Shown: positions 54,309-64,000 of the stretch, piece after piece
How positions within the stretch are numbered: position 1 is the first letter of the stretch
Layout of the letters: each line of letters starts with the position of its first letter
Assembly (NCBI RefSeq): GCF_009914755.1
Contig: NC_060932.1
Strand: one strand, 5' to 3'
Length of the DNA: 64,000 bases
DNA from: the human T2T-CHM13v2.0 reference genome, Homo sapiens
The notes under the pieces: generated by a model
What the model was told of the DNA's origin: nothing
Seen by the model: only the letters and a program-made list of their open reading frames with translations
The model's database searches: none
Program-made: the position numbers and the translations under genes

Positions 54309-55889
54309 GGCCATTTTACCTTCTTCCCATGTTGCTCACACACTTAAATGTTCAGGGCTTTTCTGTGCTCTCAAGGCCACACTCCTCAACCAAATAAGAA
54401 AGAACTCACATGATGGGATGACACTGAGTAGGGTACTGTCTAACTCATTGCTCACCTCTTAGAATGGAAGGACAACACATTCAGTTGTTGCTAATGCCTT
54501 AGAATGAATATGTTTGTTAGGTGGCTCTTTTGGGGCTAGTTCAAAAAGGCCACTGACAAGAATGGGAGGAGACTAGATCGGTCATGTTGGGGAATAAAGG
54601 GTGAGATGAAGGATCCATGAAAGAGCCATACATGTGGATTACCTGGGAGAGCCCATGAAGACCCTGGTACCTGGAGAGTGGAGTGGGCAAGAAATAAAAG
54701 GGCAATTCAGAAGGGAGAGTGGTAGCCTGAACAGAAACTTCCAAACTGTAATAATCAAGGATTCGGAGAAAGCTTAATATGGGGATCTCCAGAGACTGAA
54801 TTTGCAGAACAAGAGAAGCAGCACAGGGGCTGCCGTTGGTGAACATTCTAACCTTGGTCACCCAGTTAATGTGCTATAGCTTCTGGGGAATACACTTGTC
54901 GTAACTGCCACCAAATAGTGAGGTTTTCCTTGAGTAATGAGAAGAAAAATGCATTCACTACCTCAATTCAGTACACAAAGCCCGCAAAGGATAGTTTTAC
55001 AGGGTTTTAATATCTTCCTGAGCTTTTTAATGAGGGAAACCAAGCACGTCATATCTGCTTTGCTGAAACTTTAAGATTAATGTGGCTGAGTGCAGTGGCT
55101 CACGCTTGTAATCCCAGCACTTTGGGAGGCCTAGTCAGGTGGATCACCTGAGGTCAGGAGCTCGAGACCAGCCTGGCCAGCATGGTGAAACCACATCTCT
55201 ACTAAAAATACAAACATTAGCCAGGTTTGGTAGTGGGTGCCTGTAATCCCAGCTACTTGGGAGGCTGAGGCAGGAGAATTGCTTGAACCCAGGAGGTGGA
55301 GGTTGCATGAGCCAAAGTCGTGCCTCTGCACTCCAGCCTGGGCAACACAGCGAGACTCCATTTCAAAACAACAACAACAACAAAAAAAAAGATTAATGTA
55401 CAAGAAGTAAAATATGTGGTAAAAAATAAGTTGTCCGTATTCAATACTTGTAAAAGCAAACTTTGCAAGTTGTGCTTCTAATTCATTCATGACAAAAAAG
55501 CTCCACCAAGCTTCCATTCAGCACTGGCAAACACTGCATCAACACTCCCCCTCCCTTATTCCAGACAGACATTAACACGTTGTCCACAGTCTCTTACACA
55601 GCTGAAATCTTTATCATCTTATATCTCAATGCTGTGCTGCAGGAAGCCATGAAAAATTAATCGGGACTGGTATCCCAGGTGGAGCTTGTGTGAACCTGGT
55701 AACTTAATCCCTGCCATGTACTAGGAGAACCCAGGTTATGTAAAATCATGCCATTGCATAAGTTTGTCTTTTCTGTCCTGGTCACTGGCCATTTTGCCTT
55801 CTTCCCATGTTGCTCACACACTTAAATGTTAGGGCTTTTCTGTGCTCTCAAGGCCACATTCCTCAACCAAATAAGAAAGAACTCACATG
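54309..55889 (+). repeat. Dispersed direct repeat of ~103 bp (54309-54412 and 55787-55889)
   Basis: ggccattttRccttcttcccatg...aagaactcacatg occurs twice, differing by 2 substitutions and 1 indel. Confidence 0.95.
55084..55388 (+). mobile_element. AluSx
   Basis: Dimeric Alu with an (AAC)n tail. TSD aagattaatgt at 55073-55083 and 55389-55399. Confidence 0.95.
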
Positions 55890-56605
55890 TTTCTGATCAT
55901 TTATTGACTAATTATAGATAACTATAGATAGTTCTTAAAGGGGTCAGTTGGTGGTACTGTCAATGTTTCCTTCCTCCCAAATGTTTCTTTGATTTTCCTA
56001 AGGATGAATTAGCTGCCCTGCTTCCAAGCATAACAAGAAATTTAAGTGCATTTCTACTAAAAGTAAATCTTTCTCTCACAGTGTCCAGCATTGTGGGATC
56101 TCTGTTAATCGCTGTTTATATGTGAGCCTTTAAAGAATGAACATAATGTCAGTTTTGCCTGGGGTAAATTCTTTTATTCCTTATTCAGTTTTCTTACCCA
56201 GAAGATTTCCCATCTGAATCACTTTTACCTGGTTTGTTTGACTGGCACGTGGATCCACTTATTGAGATTCCAACTCAAGCTCATTTGGAAAAAAAACTAG
56301 AGACTGCACATTTTGAAACAGAAATTCTCCAGGACCTGATCCTGGCATCTTCCATGTCTCTCTAAGGTCTAGAAAGCACACCTGCTTTCACTGATTCTGA
56401 TAGAGGCCTCTGCTGATTTTCAAAAGGGTCATATGAGAATTCTGAGAGTTCCGCACAACTTAAGATGCCTCTTGGGAGAACTAGCAAGACTAGGAGACAG
56501 ACCCTTTCCCCATGCTGTGCTTATAGGGTTACCTGACAACAAAGGTTTGCTCCCTACCCCTCAAAATACCATGCACTTTTCTGACTCAGCTTTGAGTCAC
56601 ACTAC

Positions 56606-57092
56606 TGAAGGGTGGCAGGCTATGCCACCCCCAAATATGCCACTTTGACATAAGGATCACTTCAAGCCAGAGGCACTTGAAAAAGAGCAGATTCAAGAAG
56701 ATTACATGTATTCTAATCTTCCCTTTCTTTTCCCTGAAGGTAGGAGATAAAAACTATCATGTGGAAGATGCCCTCCCTGTGCCAAGAGAAAAGAAACATT
56801 CTTCCATGAAGACTCATAGCCGAGATAATTCCGTATAAACAGACCTTGTTAAAAGAATTATCTCCCTTTGGCCTCCCCACAAAATTTAGATACTTTTCCA
56901 CAATTGCCTCTTTACAAAATCATGTAAGCCTTGCTTTTTTTTTTATCTTCATTTTCTCATGAGGGCTCCTGTGTCATGTAAAATATGTTAAATTTATACG
57001 CTTTTCTCTTGTTAATTTATCTTATGTCAATTTAATTCTCAAGCCCAGCAGAGACCCTAGAAGGGCAGAGGTAAATTTTTGCCTGCACTACA
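56606..57092 (+). mobile_element. MER34-family ERV1 solo LTR
   Basis: TG...CA ends; tatgccacccccaaatatgccactttgacataaggat; cttttctcttgttaat. Flanks ctac / ctat resemble a 4-bp TSD. Confidence 0.85.
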
Positions 57093-57106
57093 CTATTGAT
57101 CCCAAA

Positions 57107-57151
<45 letters not shown>
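57107..57151. repeat. (CA)n(GA)n compound microsatellite
   Basis: Directly visible. Confidence 0.9.
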
Positions 57152-57153
<2 letters not shown>

Positions 57154-57248
57154 CTCTCTTCCTATTCTGTGCCAGTGAAATTCTGCCATCAGCAAATATA
57201 TCTTTTCTGACTTTGAAAATACTGATGACAGTGGAGATTAAAATCCTA

Positions 57249-57625
<377 letters not shown>

Positions 57626-57968
57626 TCAGTATGTCCTCCAGTGCGTAATTCATTTGTTCAACAATTTTTACTGGGCAGGCATTCTAATAGATGTTGAGGA
57701 TATCACAATAAATAAGGCAAACAAAATCTCTACCCCATGGTAGAGATTTTGAAATATCAAATTATTAAGTTTTAGGAAAATTCAATGACAAAAAGAAAGT
57801 CTTATAATATTACCATGTCCAGATAATGTAAGTATTTACACATTACTATTTCAATTTCATTCAATTTTTTTCTAAACTTTTATTTTTTCAAACATGTAAT
57901 CATAATATATTAGTGCTAAGTATTAAAACAATTTCTTAATTCCCATGTAAATTTAAGGGTATTTAAGC

Positions 57969-58131
57969 TTTTTTTTTTTTTTTTTGAGACGGAGTTACAC
58001 TCTTGTTGCTCAGGCTGGAGCTCAATGGCGCGATCTCAGCTCACCGCAACCTCCGCCTCATGAGGTTCAAGCAATTCTCCTGCCTCAGCCACCCCAAGTA
58101 GCTAGAATTACAGGCATGCGCCACCACGCAC
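57969..58131 (-). mobile_element. Alu right arm only (AluSp/Sq-like)
   Basis: Poly-T, ctcttgttgc, caatggcgcgatc, caccgcaacctccgcc, ggcatgcgccaccacgc; stops at the arm boundary. Confidence 0.9.
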
Positions 58132-58229
58132 GTGGAATCAGTTGTATTGTTTCAATACAACTTTTGGAAATAAAAGTATGGCAAATTCTCACTCTCTTCC
58201 TTAGGTAAGCACCAAACTTTAAAAACAAA

Positions 58230-58375
58230 AGGCACTCACTATAAGTGTGCTGTAGTGTTATAATGGCTATGAGGTCATTAAGAGATAGGAATTTTTCAGC
58301 CCGTTATAATCTTAGGGGACTATTGTATACGCAGTCTATCATTGACTAAAATATTATTAGGCAGTATGTGACTGT
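58230..58375. mobile_element. Tigger3-family terminal fragment
   Basis: gataggaatttttcagc..ttataatctta..cattgactaaaatattatta..tgactgta. Confidence 0.8.
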
Positions 58376-60357
58376 ACTTTTGTTTAAGATCTTATGACAA
58401 ATCCAAATAAAAAGAAAAAATAAAATAATTAAATGAAAAGAAAGGTGTATCATTTCTTCTACCATATGGAGCTATATACTAACTGACACATATATGGTTC
58501 ACACTAGGCCTTTCTTTGGGGTTTTAGAATGAGAGTCCATTTAGTCCAGAAGTTTATAAAAGTTACGAAAATTATTATTTGTGTTAGGATTAATAAAAAT
58601 GTATTTCTACCAGCTGAATATTTGATTGGCATTACATTTATCCACTTATCACTCTAAATAAATAAACAAATATATACACTCACATTTCTTTTCTTTTAAA
58701 CACTCTCTCCCTCAAAAAGAAAAGAAAAAAAAAAAGAAAAAAAAGAAAAGGAGACTTTCCTAAAAAGATAAAGGCAGGTTTAGTGAAGCACTAAGTGAAA
58801 AAGTGTTAGTGTCCTGCCATCCTGTGGTTAGGAACAGTACTACAGCATTGTCTTGGCAATTTCCATCTGAGTATCCCTAAGAATCAGAAATGCAGTTAGC
58901 TTCACCAATAAATTAACTTTAAAAAGAACTCAGAACATAAGGAAGCATTCTAAAGGATCTACAAAGTTATTTCATCCTAAAATATAAAAACTTCCTGGTT
59001 GATTTGGGTCCCTGAAAGAAAATGTTGTCATTATATGTACAGTGTTTTAAATGTTGTTTTTGACAGATACTTAAGCAATTAACAGATATCATGAATGACA
59101 AGTTAACATCTCAATAAGCTAAAGCTTTTACATTTTAATAAACAGAAAATCTTTTCAGACCAAGCAGAGAAAGTATGATTTTAATATTCTAAGCATAGCA
59201 CTGATCTTTAACTGAACAGGTGAGTTTGATACTTTGAAAAGATTAGCAAGTATCTGGAGGACACTAGGAATAGCTCTTGGGCTTGAAGGGGAGTAAAGCC
59301 TCTTATTACCCCAGTCTTCCACCCTCTGCCTCAGCCTAACTTAGTCTAGAGGCAGATAATAGGTTTTTATTTTTATAATGCAGATTTTGTGCTAGGGTCC
59401 CACATTTCACTAAGCCCATAAAATAAAACATCTATCAAAGAGTGAAGGACCAGAATTGTCATTCTAAATTTAGTTGAATACTGTTGAACCCACCAATTCC
59501 GGACACAATACCTTTCCCAAATCTAGTTAGGAAGCCACCTTCAGTGCCAAGCAATTACAAAGGCCTCCAGCAGCCACCACCAGTAAACACTGCAAAAAAA
59601 TTATGAGCAACCATCTACAACAATCTTCATATTCCCACCTGCACCATTCGAGAAGTAACAACTTAGTAAAACTTGCTGATATCTTGTTCTAAGAACCATC
59701 AAATGTTGGATATGTGGAAGTATCTGCAGTTTGTTTTCACTCAGCTTTTAAGTGGGCCACAGCTTGCCAATATGTACATTTATAAATCTAGCTGGTGAAC
59801 TTAATGGACAAATAAAAGGTTATTTAAAATTTATATCAAACTATTGTTCAGGTCAAATTGGAATAAAGATCAGGCTGTGATTTCATTGTGCACACATTTA
59901 CTTATCCCACTTTTAGGGTCCCTTTACAACTCTTCCAGGCTTCTTCCTTCCCTTTTCTCTAGCTTTGCTTTCTGCTTTCATCTGTAGCTCTTATTCCCAC
60001 TTCCCCCTCTGGGCGTCTTTTGCTTCAACTCTCCATCACAATCTGACTTATATGTCCTCCATAACACACTGAATAAAAATAAAAGATTCCAATGTGAGGC
60101 TTAGGTAAGTTTGCCACAGGTTGGCAGAGGTCAGCTCAGATCTTTAGCCTGCTTTCGCTCTGTATTTGCTTTGTGGTGGGAACAGGCAAGTTGTATCCCT
60201 TAATCTGAACCTTTAAAGCTAAATTGTCAAACTGGTTTACTGAGGGCAAGGGTCTTGAGAAGATTTACATGCAGAGATTAGAAGTAACCTTGGTAAAGCC
60301 AGCTTTTTAAAGGTTCAACTCAAAATGACTGCAAACATTGATTTAAGGGCTGGAAAT

Positions 60358-60520
60358 AGAATGATAGAGACAAGAGAGAGGAAGGTAGAAAGATAGAGAA
60401 GGAAGGAAGGGAGGGAGGGAGGGAGGATGGGGGAGGGAGAGAGGGAAGGAAGGAAGCAGAGAAAGAGAGAGGGAGAGAGAGAGGTAAGGATGAAGGATGG
60501 AAGGAAGGAAGAAAGGAAGA
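60358..60520. repeat. GA-rich polypurine tract (GGAA/GGGA/GA)
   Basis: Directly visible. Confidence 0.85.
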
Positions 60521-60634
60521 TCTAAGCCTCAGTAAAGAAATGCTAATAGCTCATTGAGTCTTTAGGTTATGCTCTGAATTTAGTATCTAATCCTCTAATG
60601 ATGCCCAACACTGAGACTCCCATTTTTCACACAA

Positions 60635-61380
60635 CAATGTGAATCTTTATTGAGCACACACCATGTGTGTTCTGGGCATTTTACATATAACCTTTTAATC
60701 CTGACAATCACCCTGTGAGATAAGTACTAATTTGATCTCCATTTCACAAATGAGAAACCTGAGTTACAAGATAGGTGAAAGAACTTGCTACAAAGCTGGG
60801 GTTTTAAACTTGACAGACAGCTGCCCCTGAGGAAACAAGCCCCAGAGATTAAATAGCGCACCACAGGAAGACACCCATAAGAAGAGGGGCCAGGATTTGA
60901 ATCCAGACCTCCCTATTGTTCCAGCAGCACCCTGTGCTATATGCACACTGCCCAAATGCTATGGATTTGGTGACCCTTTCTGCCTTACATCCCTACTCTT
61001 ATTCCTCTTTGACTTCTATTCTTTCTCAGTCTATCTTTCTTCCTTTCACATCTTGACTTTCTCTTTTCTCTTCCTGTTTCTAGATGCTTTTCTATATTTA
61101 TTAAGGTAGTATCCTTTCTTCCCTTTTCCTTCAACCTGAAAACCATGACAAGCAGGAACAGCGAAATGCAGTGGTTAAGTGTACATGGGCCTGAGTTTGA
61201 CTCCTGCTCCACTGTTCTTCAGCTGTGGGACTTTCAGCAAGGTAATCTTAAATCTCAGTTTCCTCATTTGCAAACTAAAACACTAGGAGAGACCTCATGA
61301 GGTTAATCTGAAGGTTAAAAGACATAGCCCCTGTAAATAGCCTTTTATAGTATCTGGCTCATAGCAAGAATGCCTATCAG
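60635..61380. mobile_element. MIR fragments (antisense about 60635-60935, sense about 61155-61380)
   Basis: tttattgagcac..ccatttcacaaatgagaaacctgag; gccaggatttgaatccag; cagtggttaag..ctcagtttcctcatttgcaaa. Confidence 0.75.
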
Positions 61381-61381
61381 T

Positions 61382-61450
61382 GCCACCACCTCCTCCGCCT
61401 CCTCCTCCTCCACCACCTCCTCCTCCTCCTCTTTGTCATTGTCATCATCA
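61382..61450. repeat. (CCT/CCA)n and (TCA)n low-complexity tract at the MIR tail
   Basis: Directly visible. Confidence 0.8.
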
Positions 61451-64000
61451 CATTAAATGTTATTCACTTAAAAATTATTTTTGAGTATAAAAGTCAAAAT
61501 GCCTTTCCCATTAAAATTTTCCTTCTTCCTTTTAGATGGCAAATTGCTCAAGGGAGGCAACCTCTCTTTTTGAATGCCACAGATTAACAAAAGTTAAATA
61601 GTTGCTATTATAATCCAATCTCTGTCTCCAGTGTAAAGTTGGTGAAGTCTAAATTTAGAACAAATTGTTACATTAAAGGTCAATTCCACAGTGAGGACAA
61701 GGGATATATTGCTTTTTGCTTTAAAGTGGGGCATGAGCTGAAGAGGGATGGATTTAAGAGGCATCCTGCTGCCACAGTGCTTGGTGCTTTAAGGACACCA
61801 GGGCTGCAGGACCCAGTGAGGGTGGACCTCAAGAGGCTGAGTGATATGTCCCTTACGGCTGACTTTCAGTGACCCACTGCCTGTCAACCAACTGTTGCCT
61901 TCCCTAAAACAATCTGCCACTTGGACCTCTCCAAAGAATTGAGAAAATTGAAGGCTGCATGAATTCAACTTCTGAAAAAGCATTTCCACTCAGCCAAGGA
62001 GCGAGTGAACAGAGTTTGGGGAGATAACAGTAGTTGCTCACAATAAAACTGCCTTAATCAATAAAGGTAATTCTCATTTTCAAAAAAATAAACACATTAT
62101 GTTCTTAACTTGGTTTAGTAAATATAAGCACAAGTTTAAATATTAAATTCCACTTATATCTGTGTTAACAGACTTAAAACAAACTCTGATATCTAATTTC
62201 CCAGCCATGCTATACTTCTGGTTTCTAAATTTCCTATCCTAAGCATACTGGAATTTGCCCAAACATGAGGAAGCTGTTTCCATTTTGCCCTGTGTTCCGA
62301 GTATCTCCCTCTTAGTGCCATCTTCACACTGCCCTATTCCCTACACACCCTCTTTCCATTTAATGATTGAAAAACAGAATAAGCAGATGTTCAGTTAGTC
62401 CACTGCTTGGAACATAGTTCACATATCGTGATATTTAATGAATGCTGCATCCTCCTAAAGAGAATATTTAACTTCAATAACTGCACAAATGGCATGCACA
62501 TGTGTCTGTCCCTTCCTTCGAATCCATGAAAGGGAAAGTCATTCTGGTAAAATATCCAAACTGCCTGTAAAAACATCCTCAGACTTGCTGTGTAAATCTC
62601 TGATGGGAAGGACAAGAGAACCCTGGAGGCTTTATTGCCATTGTTGCTTAAATCATACTGCTACCATTCCCCTGAAATGTCTGTATGACGGTACGTTATG
62701 AATTCGGTGTTTATGTTCCCCAGGACATTTCTGCAATACTATTTTTGAATAGCAATAATTTTTGAGTTTTTACCAACTTGACTTCAAAATACCATCACGA
62801 ATCATTCACGTCTTAGCCTTACTTACGTTTTTAGTATTTTCCATGAAAAGCTAGCTCATGTTGCCTTTAGCTAAATGATAATGATCACAAAAATTATTTT
62901 GGTCAGAAAACTGATTCCCATGGGGTAAGGGCCTCCTGGTCCATCCAGACTCACACTGGTTAGGTTAGCCAATTCTGTATTAGGTTAACAATTAACTTGC
63001 CTACTCTGAAAATCAGTCACATTCCTCTGATCAGCCTCCACTGTTTGGATAAAATATATCAAAAAAAATCTAGAAATATTGGTTCCAAGACAATGCACCA
63101 AGATTGCTCCTTGTTCTTAATAAAGAAATCTTCTGAGCTCACGAGAGACAAGGTCTTCTAATCAGTATTCCCTCTTCTTTCTGCCAGGCTTATCTCATGT
63201 CAAAAGGAGATATTTTGAAAGGATCATTCAATATATAGACCCAAGGGCCTCTCTGGGGTAGGGAAGAAGGGTGGGGCTAGCAGACACAGAGCTGCCATGT
63301 CTGTTTTTAATCTGCAGCTGCTACTGCTGATGAGTTGAACTTAGGAAGGGAATCCTGCCTAAGGGTGGAGCTGCCCTGACTGACTCCCATCTGCCTGGCA
63401 CACAGCTCATGAATGCATTTTCCAGCACACCATCTGCATCTCTGAGCTCCCTAATATGTGAGAATTTCACTGTGATCTTCCAGCTCTACTGCACACATTA
63501 TTTTAGCTCACATATAGTATCCTGAGTCCTCTAACTCCTACACTGGATCCTGCTTCTCTGGAAACACCAGATTCCAAACTGGACCAACCAGGGCTACTAA
63601 AAACTCCCTGTATATTTGACCCTACTAATTTAGAATTTCCATCTATCAGAAAGCAAATGGTTTCAAGACTGACTCACCAAGTAAACTAGGTAGCAGTTAA
63701 AGTTGATCCTGAGTTGTAGATAAGTCTCTTGAGGCCTTTCCAAAAATAAAAATGTAGCAGAATGTTGAAAATGTAGCTTGTGCTCAAGAAATACATATTA
63801 AATGCACAACAACAATGATTTTAAATCCCCAACAGAATAAAAAGGTCTCTTTTAATGTTCACCTGGAAAAGTCTTTTAAAGTTAATGTAAGAGCCTGGGC
63901 ACACACCGCAAAAAACTCAGTGCTTTGTAGCTGGGGTAACAAATTCTCATAGGCCTCCAAATCTTTGGTGCTGTGTGTATATATATATACACACACACAT

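Overview
This is AT-rich primate genomic DNA, most likely human (it contains AluY, AluS, AluJ and L1PA elements). It looks intergenic or deep-intronic. I find no recognisable protein-coding gene, RNA gene, CpG island or CRISPR array. The listed ORFs are Alu, L1 or LTR translations, or chance ORFs. A large share of the window is layered transposable-element sequence: a complete THE1D/MSTA-type MaLR provirus with an intact 5-bp target-site duplication (TSD), a HAL1 broken by four insertions, about a dozen solo LTRs, 12 Alus, Tigger/Charlie/Blackjack/mariner DNA transposons, and many MIR and L2 fragments. Repeat subfamily names are recalled from consensus sequences, not from a search. I cannot support a new biological system. 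The most unusual signals are local templated-copy scars: a ~103-bp near-identical duplication 1.48 kb apart with a patchwork junction (54.3 and 55.8 kb), a 35-bp insertion made of inverted local snippets (38.6 kb), a 120-bp tandem duplication in the MaLR internal region, and a perfect 13-bp hairpin. There are also a few weak candidate exons and regulatory motif clusters.
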